This document shows positions 24,201 to 34,522 of a DNA stretch of 64,000 bases, piece by piece. This DNA is from Tubiluchus corallicola (Eukaryota; Animalia; Priapulida): positions 1 to 64,000 of the forward strand of contig JAQGDQ010000361.1 in the NCBI GenBank assembly GCA_030141605.1. Reading direction: 5' to 3'. The number at the start of each line of letters is the position of its first letter. Positions within the stretch are counted from its first letter, which is position 1. A program made the position numbers and the translations under genes. The notes beneath the pieces are model-generated. The model saw only the letters and a list, made by a program, of their open reading frames with translations, did not search any database and had not been told where the DNA came from.

Positions 24201-25611
24201 GCCAGGGAGTCTTTATAACGGGCAACCAGTACCATTTGTAGTCGCTGCTGATTTAGTTACGAGGTTAATAGGAGTTGTCCGATTTCGTCAGGTACGAGTG
24301 AAACCAGGCCAGTGTTTTGTGATTTCAATTTTTGAACCGTATGGTCGAAAGTGCACCGGTGAATACCATTGGCACCGAGAAGATACCACCTCCTACGGGC
24401 CTGGGTGGAGCTACAGTCGATATCCCCGCTATCCTCCTGATCACTGGACATTTCAGTCTAGTTTGTCATTGTGGACTCCTGCATTCCCTGGTAGATTTCA
24501 TTTATACAGTGGAGGCGGTTATTTGGTGGAACTAAATCATTCTACTGCTGAAAACAGAGCCATTATTGAATCACTGATCAACTCGAGGTGGATAGACGAT
24601 CGCACTCGCGCTTTAATGATTGAACTTACTTTATTTAATTCTAACACAAATTTGTTTAGCATTGTTATTTTGATAGTAGAATTTACTGGTCTAGGTACAG
24701 TAACTCCATTTTATAGCATCTCCACCATGGACTTGGCAAAATATGCCACATTTTTAGATGTACGCGTCATGGTAACTGAAGGTATTTGTTTAATTATACT
24801 AATTATTTTCATATGTATGGAAGTTAAGAAGTTCAATGTAATTAAGTTTGAATATTTTCGTAACTATTGGAATTATGTGCTATTAACTATAGTGATTTTG
24901 TCTGCTGTTCGCATAGTAGTTTTCTACAGAAGAACAATTGCAGTTAACACACTTTTAGAGAAGAACTTTAAAGGGAAGCAGTCTAGTTTTGTTAACTTTT
25001 ATGAGGCAGTAAGTTGGCATTACTTGTTTACAATAACATTGGGCACACTCGTCATCAGCGTAACAATTTATCTTTGGCACATGTTACTATTGAACAAAAG
25101 TATGTCAGTTTACTGGTTAACTTTATCACTATCCTTCCGACCTATGTTACATTTTTGGTTGCTAGTATTTATTTTTTTAGTACCGTTTGTACTTGTACTG
25201 ACTACATTGCTTTCCGCAAACATACAAGAAGATTTTAGCACGAATGCTAAAACTCTTCAAACTTTATTACGCATGATTTTCAGATCAGGTAAATTTTGTG
25301 CCTTGGAGACCTTACAGTGGGGACTGGGCTCACTGTTCGTTGTTATTTTCATATTTATATCTATAGTCATTTTGCTTTGCATGTTAAGAACAATATTAAT
25401 GCTATCGCATCGAATTGCAGTGCAACGTTGGTTAAATACGAAAAATCATTATGATATTTTTTATCATTTTTATCATTATATCACTCAGAAAATGCCCTGG
25501 TTACAGCGAAAACAAGATGCCGCAAAAATACTACCAAGTCGAAGCATCTTTCGTTTCACGGGATTTCCTCTACATGATAGATATTCGATTGATGAGTCTA
25601 ATTTCTGCTAA
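18292..25611 (+). CDS. Polycystin-1-like / REJ-family receptor (REJ, GAIN with Cys-rich + PLAT insert, GPS, TM1, PLAT, polycystin channel region); intronless
   Basis: 2439-aa ORF. REJ: MDASASYD, TYKWSC, CSVIPSEGIALKTKF. GPS: CLYWN...W..GGC...CKCYHMTIF (22036-22146). Cytoplasmic PLAT ~22360-22712. HLWASVFYRPPRSSFTRVQRLSC. TOP motifs RFRQVRV, YSGGGY, WIDDRTRA. Multiple TM helices. No orthologue symbol assigned. Confidence 0.95.
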   Translation: MTDAPVTVYNCSINYSMSLAWHFSLVPESDMYSCLQGSQLAKETTLKIDSDKFITVDTGILAPGTYTVSLTPTLTSTQSWLNSRSYKPTLGWIIISSKLEPIIAGEFLRNISWKDNLTMDASASYDACVATNEIDTNLTYKWSCYIELDLFSYSFTTGIGCIERNTTALSFNKPTFTISAKTFPQDSVLVFTLELGKPNRPSEIKQQVVKVIPAGAEIIQINCLKNCRRRVNKAESLILQSVCVSCNNDTLSTGIYYWTLRARSLLNDGSTLLNITAFAIVRKGTDVIVLKKDVFIPGHVYLIEVKGGPAISIPGTAFYEVFVYEPPPFKTACSVIPSEGIALKTKFSLQCDNSSFVSTFFTYDFYYRNFAGKTEMKGSKGDFLYSSTEPILPPVTLPAGEGKILLQATNITKETFLVEYNVTVLPFLCNETDKVSEVECETYILNALKNLTSLTSMKNETDILDFIQTLKVIMEEVSKIRKQNETEDPEFVQKVTEMKSEIQALVVNQLIQVPVSTHKVMKFLSSMMSQVITSDADLNPEIIVPITAKFHDIATFMKQSTEDINVNDLEDTTSALLLAVSIILGETTKRTSTSNDEKFKQLSKRELQNTFRHKRENVTQVKNIILKSIDTIHNAASATLRHKIVYDEPTTFTTNLLTLRVARQKVSHLGGSELQLNGFGHFQLPSAAALSKMQEHEDELELEILSIKQNIFTPFESTLHSSIPIASLSIGRQLRHSRTEFDELSEPLEFFMDVAADAKYSKSSFVKLENHLFNKYITVHSFVLNAHSTAIMSFQDMPVGVALKVVTKTGKRPVIENFNDGSTVFHIPAINGGYYSRQFADNIVSFYNEQNVSIKYFAGILFDSYYEPSCFHPSLRCKSENVECMAGIYSDCDGSLHEASCKGNASRICSVDNCMQKYACYNDWVENCKNISRYCDSQHRQCLSVLDYRCSKHNVKCSHDCSTSLEIETCLPICTKKHQRCRQSSQFKCETVKSCVRNSDSACIDTLLVETKAQHCRYMMLKCDEQSTGECDTSFVSCNTTCYQCLPKCDAEVTQNCVKACKNLRTSCYSMANQVCRQYVIKNNDNCANIPWKTNEEQNEAATPAFQEPDLTYFVFLHTADIKDSGTKARVYLRLHGNRRITNELLLSKRTFKRATVEKFTIESQSIGKLEKITVWHNNQGIGAGWLLEKIVVKEEQLEFTCPCMTWLAGSPLENEKIFSCYVVANFTPTVNPPIQRVDFNLSFYSVKCLYWNISLYNWLDGGCFVGPLTTPSRIHCKCYHMTIFTGAVVVKPNQIDPFEDVVLFATFFDNPVIIVFMLVVWLLYLTLLLYARRNDQKDTTRVGVTVLEDNNPIDKYTYLIITFTGLRQGAGTTAKVTFLIEGKNGNSLPIKLYHKDRSTFDSGADDWFLMTTHQCLGEITAIEIWHDNSGYDPNWFLKLVILKDVQTNAVWCFPYNNWLAIDRGPQTVKCRLFPAFKHELVRFTHIFAYRALRGFRDGHLWASVFYRPPRSSFTRVQRLSCALSLMLTAMLSNIMFYGIATNKPETQIIIGEIQLSWTQIYIGVASVLITFPINILIIQMFRSAKPYPGNRFKHFSFGWCFRRNRDHTENESLIESDSSRNFEETTKENVVLFGSENDWLKWINNTRHIEIETLKEIQHNIVEARRMIEILPKCVPALDQNRHLARKSVISLKRNPYIYSTNISRKNRVESNIDIAYKYSDDFSIDSQSTSSTMSTDNHIKSIPFPFSLCTGKDVYGSPVMILPWWFVYIAWLLTISISLICTYLVMLYGLKFGYQKSVEWLLSMLVSVMSSICLTQPAKVLILALVITLIFNHPPEIEPAMAELQLLQVEESNRLQSDWLVKHRIITERRYKYRPPKESEIAVIREKLLQKQNFNKIMSELLLFSFFALILSTLVFNFRDKSFFWVTKTVKDLAINGAYYQGNTTFAAITDVPGIWDYVTNSLLPSLTPGSLYNGQPVPFVVAADLVTRLIGVVRFRQVRVKPGQCFVISIFEPYGRKCTGEYHWHREDTTSYGPGWSYSRYPRYPPDHWTFQSSLSLWTPAFPGRFHLYSGGGYLVELNHSTAENRAIIESLINSRWIDDRTRALMIELTLFNSNTNLFSIVILIVEFTGLGTVTPFYSISTMDLAKYATFLDVRVMVTEGICLIILIIFICMEVKKFNVIKFEYFRNYWNYVLLTIVILSAVRIVVFYRRTIAVNTLLEKNFKGKQSSFVNFYEAVSWHYLFTITLGTLVISVTIYLWHMLLLNKSMSVYWLTLSLSFRPMLHFWLLVFIFLVPFVLVLTTLLSANIQEDFSTNAKTLQTLLRMIFRSGKFCALETLQWGLGSLFVVIFIFISIVILLCMLRTILMLSHRIAVQRWLNTKNHYDIFYHFYHYITQKMPWLQRKQDAAKILPSRSIFRFTGFPLHDRYSIDESNFC

Positions 25612-25819
25612 ATTTTAATAGCATTATATTTTGATGACTGTTTCATTATATTTTTTTTGGAAGGGGGAGTACATAGTTTTCGACTGAATATCTTGTGTAA
25701 TGATCATGTTGTTTCAAATCAACTTGATCATTACACAAGATATTCAGTCGAAAACTATGTACTCCCCTTCCAAAAACAAATATAATGAAACAGTCATCAA
25801 AATATAATGCTATTAAGAT
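25612..25819. repeat. Long inverted repeat (100-bp arms, 8-nt loop) from a LINE 3' fragment
   Basis: 25612-25711 is the reverse complement of 25720-25819 with 2 mismatches and 2 single-base indels; loop tttcaaat. Confidence 0.95.
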
Positions 25820-26150
25820 ATGGTCATCAATTCCGCGTGAAATGAAAACTCTTAATCTCTATCAATTTAAAAAAGCATCATAGAATTACCTACTACAACG
25901 GTATAATTAATTCACAAATTTACTCATCCTGATCTTAAGTTACTAACAAAATTTATTTTGTTCTAATGTATGCTATAACTGATGAAAATGTAATGTAAAT
26001 TGTCAATTGTTTCACTTATCTGGAGGAGGATTCGAAAGCTCAATGCTCCTTCCTCCTCCTTACAGTAACTCGCATAGTTTATTTTTTTCAATATTATATC
26101 AATTTATATGTATGTTTGAGTTGCTGTGGAATAAATTCATAATTCAACTC
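25720..26150 (+). mobile_element. CR1/L2-group LINE 3' end with 3'UTR stem-loop and AATAAA
   Basis: Same ORF2 tail as 1-207; ggaggagga...tcctcctcc stem at ~26022-26059; aataaa at 26130-26135; (aattc)-like tail. Confidence 0.65.
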
Positions 26151-26567
26151 AACTGAGTGTTAGAAAAAAAAATTATAGAGTAATCAAGTTTACTTATTTT
26201 CTTTATAATTGTGCAATTAATCGAAAAGCGCATTGATACGCTATTTATATGAACATGAATTCATAGAGAAAAGTCTGCGAAATGGAATTTAGAACTACAC
26301 TATTCCTGTTCGGTTCAGTGGGAGTGTTTTAGTGAACTGCAGTGCCTTTCAACACCACTTTTTCTCTGTTCAAAGAACTCTCAAAATCGCTCTTAAATTA
26401 CCACAACGAACTTTTTAGTACATGATATGGTACTAAGACAAAAACAAAATGGCATTTCCTGGAAGTTGTTCGTCTTCCAAGAAGTCTACAAATAACACCC
26501 ATCAAAGACTCGCAAATGCTTTCTGGTGGTTCAGAAGTGACTGCATATTGTACGCCGTACAAATTTT

Positions 26568-27370
26568 GCGCTAGTCTATAAATGTAGTAATCATAATGTG
26601 AATTGCTTTCTTCGTTGCAATACAAATGACGAAATCGAAATATGCCTTCAGATGAAAAAACATCAACACTGTCGTCAAAATTCTCAGTTCAGGTGAGAGA
26701 CAGTGACAAGATGTATTATGCATACTGACTTTGTTTGTGAAGACACGCTGAGTATTGAAACTGAGGTGCAGCGTTGTAGATATATAATGCTTTAAGGAAT
26801 GGAAAGGGATTTTTAAAGTGTGTTCAAAAAAGTTTTCATACAAAGTTATATTACTTTGCATAACGCCTAACTGTCTGAACGACTTATGTAACTAGAAAAG
26901 AAACGTCTCAGCGATTTAAAATGTGTGCATCTATTGGTAAAACAGCACTCCCACTGATTCATTAGAAACATATTATTGATCTTAGTGACATGAATATAAA
27001 TTAATTTAAACGTTTGCTTAGGTAGTCAAGAATTTGTTACAAATGTTTTCAAACTTTACCCAATGTTATCTAAACTTGTTACGGTTAAGATAGCCGCGGC
27101 TAACTGACACCACGGGAGTTTAAATTTTCTGGTTTTATAAAGGCGTTACTGCTAACGCAACCTTTGTAGCAATAATTGAGCATATAAGTCGTATAAAATT
27201 TCAAAACGAGTTGTTTAACCTTTATTTATAAAAAGTGTTTTCATGTACTTTAAAACTGATGAACATTCGACAAACGAGCGTGGTACAAGTTTTTCTTCTT
27301 TTAGTGCAATATTTTATCTGTGTCTGGTCTAGTTGCCACACAGCAATTACGCTAATTTGAGTCATTAAAA
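26568..27370 (+). pseudogene. Second copy of the decayed polycystin Cys-module fragment, with MITE at 26795-27249
   Basis: Near-identical to 795-1590 and homologous to ~21125-21470. Confidence 0.85.
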
Positions 27371-27769
27371 CGATGTGTTAAGATGATAGTAATAAGACGT
27401 CATAGATTAAATTTTTGTTAATTTTGTCATAAAAATATATACCAGTAACACATTTGATAAATTGGTTCCTAGGATCTTTTTTGTAAACTATTTTAGTAGA
27501 ATTTGTCATTATTAGATATTTCACACAATATATACAATGATAAATACATGACATAACCACAATAATACCTTTTAGTAAAGAGGCAAGACAACAAAAATTA
27601 TAAAACTTTACTACACAAATGTGGTAAAAGAGTTTTTCTAGGCCTTAAGACATATACTTACTTGACAGCATCATGGCCAGTGTCGTTTATATAGGCTATA
27701 ATGGAAGTTTAAAGTTCTACAACTTTAATCATAAAGAATTGCGTTATGTTAGCAAATTAATATATGATT

Positions 27770-28183
27770 TTCACTAATTTTATTACGCAAATAGCATCAG
27801 TGTACTATATATATAGTCAATGTCTAATTTTAATTATTATTGAGGATTCTACCTTCAGTATTAAGTTGAAAGGCTACTTCGGCCCACAGCTGCCTTGTAG
27901 TTGTAAACTCCTTGTGACTATATTTGGGATTACTTTTGCCATACAAAGCAGGTCTAGTCTTCACAGCGTGTACGATCTGTTCGTCCTCCATTATGAAAAT
28001 GAGCTTATCCGTCCGCACAAAAAAGGTAGAACAATTAAAGAGCCTGTCCTTGCGTATATGTGTCTTTCCGTGCGGACACAGTGAAAACGACAGACACGTA
28101 AAACAATGGTACTCAAAGGCGTTGTTTCAATTTTTTCATACAGAAAAAGTCCGTGTCTGTGCGGGCGCAGGGGAAACGCGGCG
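27770..28183 (-). mobile_element. PIF/Harbinger 5' fragment with MADF (Myb/SANT-like) exon
   Basis: MEDEQIVHAVKTRPALYGKSNPKYSHK...RQLWAEVAFQLN (27991-27853) ends at a GT donor. Terminus cgccgcgtttcccctg follows TTA. Confidence 0.65.
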
Positions 28184-29059
28184 TAAGGTGTTCCTGGCGC
28201 CATCTAACGAGTAAGATGCACGAAATGAAGTTCCAGATTTTCTTCGGAAATGACACTTCCACACCCGATTTCCTCTTATATAAAACTACCAGGAAAAAGT
28301 TCAAAGTATCAGAAAATCTTAGTTAGAGCATTTTGCTTTTTGTTCTTTGTAAAACTGAAACTTCCATAGCGTACGCTTTAAGCAAGATTTTTTATACACC
28401 AGTACTGAGTGGTAGCTTCAATACCTTTAACTGCAGGTTTTTAAGTATGTGCTACTATTTTATTTATCTCCCTGCTAATGCGTACAGTACAAGTTAAGGG
28501 AAAAAGGGCAACGCTTTAGTAGTGTCGGCATGAAATGACGTGACCTTGGGAAGTCAGGCAAAGAGGAAGTAGAAAGTGTTTTGTTTCGTGAAGAACTCTA
28601 GTATTAGCGCGAACGAATTGCACATTTCTTTATAAAACAAACACAAGAAATTCATTTAATTTCTTTAAAGTTTTATTGATGCCATTTATTCATACATGTT
28701 TAGTGGAAACAATACAATCATGTTAGTGAAATTAGTATAAACAAACAATAACACAACATTATCCTTATTATAACACATTCTCACAACACAGAACGGTTTG
28801 AGAATGTTTTTACTACTCTGATTTAACTAAAAAGCGTGATTTAATTATACAAGCAAAACCGATAAACGAAACACCAAATTCAAGAACAAAATGCAAGAAA
28901 AAACACGATCGGATGTCAAATCAGAAGACGAACTTGGAGTAGAACTGTGAAATAGCCTCAATGGCCACTTCGTTGACGCGGGTTTTCTGAAAACGCGTCC
29001 CCAACGCATTTGCTGTGCCAAACGTCTATTTTACATACGTAAACGTAAACCCGATTAGT

Positions 29060-29559
29060 GAGCACTTTTGGAACACCCTGTATTTATTCCCAAAGGTTAC
29101 ACACTCAGTAGCTAAGATCATTGTATATCGCCGTATAAAGTGGATTATAATCATCAGTTCAGTATATCTTACGAAATAATGACAATGTAACCGGCTAGCA
29201 AGTCCCCAAGAAGAAACCAATTACTGAGTGACTTATGGAACATCCTGTATTTATTCCCACAGGTAACACACTCAGTAGCCAAGATCAGTAAGATCAAATA
29301 CTATCACCATATAAAGTGGATATAACCATCAGTTCAGCATATCTTGCGAAATAATGAGAATATTACCGGCTAGCAAGCCCTCAAGAAGAAACAATTAATG
29401 AGTGACTTATGGAACGCCCTGTATTTATTTCCGCAGGTAACACACTCAGTATCTAAGGTCAACCACTGTCACCGTATAAAGTGGATATAATCATCAGTTC
29501 AGCACATCTTAGGAAATAATGAGAATATTGCCGGCCAGCAAGCCCCCGAGAAGAAACCT
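29060..29559. repeat. Three diverged ~166-174-bp tandem units, each beginning with a Tc1/mariner-type end
   Basis: Units at ~29060, 29226 and 29400 start with actt(t/a)tggaac(a/g)(c/t)cctg-ta followed by tttatt..cag/aaggt.acacactcagta. Confidence 0.85.
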
Positions 29560-30103
29560 ATTTCGATCAATTAATCCAATTAGATACAGTGTACCTACAC
29601 TCTCTGTTGTAATTAATAATGAACTCACCGTCTGAGGTAACGACGCCATCACAAACGCAGAGGTATTCCAATTACCACTGCATCAGTTACTCTTGAGAAT
29701 TCAAATGCCTGCTGTGAGATGCGAAACTCTATCAACGTTTCGTAATTGCAATGTTATTGAAAAGGAAATCGCCACTAGATTTTACATTTTAGCTAAAAAG
29801 TTATTATAATTCTTCTAGTTCAAAAACTGAAGTTCATAATTATAATTCGTGATAACAATGTATTCAACTTATTGCAAATCTAGAACTGTTCAAAATAAAT
29901 TGAACGAGAAGTTTTTTTTATGGAATCTCAAATTGATTAGCTAAGTAAAATTTTTAGTACAAATATTAGCTATACAAATATTTAACACTGCATCAACGTA
30001 TACATATCTTTGTGTACTTACAATTGAACGTTGCCTGCAACTAGAAGCCATTCATGTAAATATGTATTTAAAAATAAAAGACTAAGCATCATCAACATTG
30101 ACA

Positions 30104-30130
30104 TCATCATCGTTGTCGTTGTCGTTGTCG

Positions 30131-30168
<38 letters not shown>
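30104..30168. repeat. Compound (CAT)n/(GTT,GTC)n microsatellite
   Basis: Direct reading. Confidence 0.9.
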
Positions 30169-30169
<1 letters not shown>

Positions 30170-30344
30170 ATAACAGTATGGGTTCGAGTCGTTTGGAGAT
30201 TTTGTTCAAGTAAAAAAACTTTGTTAGTAGTGTGAATGCGAGTCATTGACTAAAACTTCTTAATAGAACAATCAAATATAACAGATCTTAATAGAACAAA
30301 ACGCAATGGAATGGAACGAAAAGGAACCAATTCAAACCAAACGG

Positions 30345-30454
30345 AATAGAACCGAATAGAACAGAACAGAACAGAACAGAACAGAACAGAACAGAACAGA
30401 ACAGAACAGAACAGAACAGAACAGAACAGAACAGAACAGAACAGAACAGAACAG
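30345..30454. repeat. (AGAAC)n pentanucleotide microsatellite
   Basis: Direct reading. Confidence 0.95.
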
Positions 30455-30688
30455 GTAAGCAGTTATTATTTTACTTTAAATGCAAGCAAGATTTAGTGAC
30501 ACAAGATTTTACACACTCTGCATATAATGGTAAATCATTATAGTGGTTTAGTTATTTGTGATTCGATATTGACTGAGCAGAGGGCCAATTGCCCTGCGTC
30601 TGCCAACCTGATTCAACACATTGACAGTAAAAAATTACATGTTTGTAGTTTTGTTCTTTAATAAATGTGACAAACTACTGATTATACC

Positions 30689-31320
30689 CAGTGCTTAAGC
30701 TTAAAGTGTATTTATTTAGGTAAAGAGTCTCATGGCGAACGGAACAAGAAACAACAGGGAACCGTTTCTCGCCATCAAAAGCACAAAATTTATGTGTTAA
30801 TTCAAAAACAGCAACTGCTTTTTAATCAGTGAATTAACTAGTTTTCATCCACTAGCCTTTATACTTTACCCGGTATAAGTCTTAACCTATACAAACCGTT
30901 TAACCGCGAGGAATTACTGAGCAAACAAAATACAGCAAGGTTCACTAGCTCCAATTTACATGTTGATATACTTCTGCGAAAGACAATCACGCTCCTCGCG
31001 CCAACTGATTACAGCTAAATTTTGTTGCACGTAACTTTCCAAGTCTAAAGTAAAATAAGTTACTAGGCGATAAAATGAGTTAACTCATTATTCCTGTGCA
31101 CAACTTCTCAAGAAACGTTTTTCTTTCTTTGCTGAAAAGTTGCAACAACAATGAGGTATCCTTTGTTGTTGTCTACAGTTCAATTTTGTTGACAGAAAGA
31201 CGGAAATTATGCTACTAATACGCGTTATGGAAAGGCTTATAGATAATTAAATGGTGAGAAAACTAAATAATGGACCCAGCGAGACATTTTTTCTTTAGAC
31301 CCGGCGCACTTTAAGCACTG
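30689..31320. mobile_element. Non-autonomous hAT-like element (CAG termini, 8-bp TSD)
   Basis: Left cagtgcttaa(gcttaa)agtg is preceded by attatacc (30681-30688). Right cactttaagcactg is followed by attatacc or close variants in the adjacent array. Confidence 0.7.
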
Positions 31321-31928
31321 ATCACATCACCAGTAATGAAACAACTTAACAGACGCTGTCCTTTCTTTAGACCCGGCGCACTTTAAGCACTGATTATACC
31401 ACCAGTAATGAAACAACTTAACAGACGTTGTTCTTTCTTTAGACCCGGCGCACTTTAAGCACTGATCACATCACCAGTAATGAAACAACTTAACAGACGT
31501 TGTTCTTTCTTTAGACCCGGCGCACTTTAAGCACTGATTACACCACCAGTAATGAAACAAATTAACAGACGTTGTTCTTTCTTTAGACCCGGCGCACTTT
31601 AAGCACTGATTGCACCACCAGTAATGAAACAACTTAACAGACGTTGTTCCTTCTTTAGACCCGGCGCACTTTAAGCACTGATTGCACCACCAGTAATGAA
31701 ACAACTTAACAGACGTTGTTCTTTCTTTAGACCCGGCGCACTTTAAGCACTGATTGCACCACCAGTAATGAAACAACTTAACAGACGTTGTTCTTTCTTT
31801 AGACCCGGCGCACTTTAAGCACTGATTATACCACCAGTAATGAAACAACTTAACAGACGTTGTTCTTTCTTTAGACCCGGCGCACTTTAAGCACTGATTG
31901 CACCACCAGTAATGAAACAGCTTAACAA
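31289..31928. repeat. 72-bp minisatellite, ~9 units, containing hAT right TIR + TSD + flank
   Basis: agacccggcg recurs at 31297, 31369, 31441, 31513, 31585, 31657, 31729, 31801 and 31873. Confidence 0.95.
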
Positions 31929-34128
31929 GCCTTTTTTCTTACAAAAGTGATTAAAACGTTCACTCAATTATTAAAAGATTGCGCCTTGATAAGCGCAAGT
32001 AATTCAGCCAATGACGCTTTAGCGCATTTGCTTATTAAATTAATTCTGTCTGCTGATTTGATTATTTTCTCTCTGTGTCACCGTAATTGCTCGAACGAAG
32101 ACAACACCTGAAATGAGGCTGCCACACACAAACATCAATAAGTAAGCATAATCGCAAATTGAGATATTGATGAAGAATTAATAATACAATGGGTATGTCT
32201 ACAGAAGCGTGCAAAGATACAGTGAACTGTAGATGTAGCTTTGCTAAGTGCAAAATTCTTCTACCCCACATGTATTTTCCCCATGTACGTAATCTTATAC
32301 AAACGCTGTAACTTGTAGCACAAAATTAGATTACTTTATTTCAGTTTACTTTATTACTTAAACGTAAAACACTATAATAAAGTACTACAATAAAATCTAC
32401 ACTAAAAATACTACTGCATGTACAACATATACAGTGAATAAACGTTCATATCTACCACGTTCGACAATTGTTATTTACAAACTAACCGTTGTTCCACATC
32501 TTAAAATAACGAGATTGTATTATTCGTACAGATCTGACAATTGTTAGTAGATGTTTATCGTTCACAAATTCTAGTAATCGTTTTCTTATACTGTAACAGG
32601 TATACTGTACTGTACTGTGGCAATGATAAATTTGCACACTTGCCCAGAATCACTACAATCACTTTATGGTAATTTTAACAGCTTCCTAACATGTATTTGT
32701 TAAAGTTGGTACTGTCAACAAGTTTTTGTCTGTGTCTAACGTTGTCACAAAAGCGCTGTGTCTGGGTCGCTACACTGGTTTTTCTGTTAAATGTAATATT
32801 TACTCATCCTTTTGTATTTGTGTTATGGAAATAACCCCCAATGACCAATTACATAAATTCTACTAAACTTCTAATGTTACAGGAATAACTGTCATTTATG
32901 CTGATGCAGTTGTGAAAGTCACTTGCCATGCAAACTAAAAAATATAATGTCTAAAATTTACAGTGTTTGCTCCTTATTGATGTTAATGTGTAAGCAAATA
33001 AATATTAAAAAATATGAAACTACATCGTCGTACAACATGACTCAACTAACTCGCAATTCTTCATTCTAAAAGAGCATTTGTAAAAGAGACCCACACTACT
33101 ATGTAACCCGGTTGTTCTGTTTTCAATTGAGTTGTAATTTTACGTCTTAGGACTCCGCTAAGCACCGCTAGGACGCTTTTCTACACGATGTTCCAGCAAT
33201 GAGCAATTAAAAATGGGCATTTTTGAGGTTTTTCTAGGGGTCGTTCCTAGGGGAACGGCGTATAAAGAAAAGTTTCTAGAGGCATTTGGAGGGAAATTCG
33301 TAGCTCTTTGGCAAGAGGAACACCCGTGCTACACGACGATGAGGGTCACTTTTACATATGTCTTTACCAGGGTGAATGGCAACGCGTCAAATTGGGCGAA
33401 CGTATTTTCTGAACGCACATCTGATAGTTTAGATCTTTGCCCACTAGAGTTCATTAATGCGCGAGAATTTCACAACTGATTTTATATCAATAGAGCAAAA
33501 GCTGAATGTTGCATAATTTATGATCGTCTGATCAGCTTATTAGCATCACTGTAATGAAGATTCAATTGCAATAGAAAATTTGTTGTAGTTGTCTCAGGAC
33601 TCAAAAACTCTGATTACCTGAAAAGACAATGTCAGAATTTCCGTCTAGTTGACCAACTAAGAGGCTAATAAACGTTTCAGGCATAGAAAGAGTGTATAAT
33701 AATTGTATGCCTAAATGATGTAGAGATGAGAACCCTAGTAATAAATTTTATATATGAAATCAGTAAGAAAAAGGAAGAGAAACATGATAGCAAATAACCT
33801 TAATTTGAACTCGCAGCCTACAAAATGTATTGTTACTATAGTTGTTCTTTCCGTGCCAAATAAAACAAATATATATATATAATAAAACATATTAAAACAA
33901 AATCACAAGGCGTTTCAACACTTGTCTTGTGTAAATCTTCAGTTGTAAATGTTCAAAACATGTAGCTAGGAAAACCGAAAGGTAATTAGTGGCGTATTTA
34001 CAAATAGGCTAATTGAACTGTGACCCATGAAAAAACGGCAGCTTTTGGAAGTTTTTCACTGGCCGTTTCTGGAAATTTATAGCCCTTTGGAAAGAAGAAA
34101 CATCTGGCTACACAACGATGTCTGTATT

Positions 34129-34522
<394 letters not shown>

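Noticed and set aside
18747-25238. Short nested/antisense ORFs within the polycystin CDS
   Set aside because: Expected shadow ORFs with no independent motifs.
31289-31928. CRISPR-like array / repeated CxxCxxC ORF (31471-31848)
   Set aside because: Units are contiguous 72-bp copies with only an 8-bp variable slot, no unique spacers and no cas genes. The ORF is a by-product of a unit length divisible by 3.
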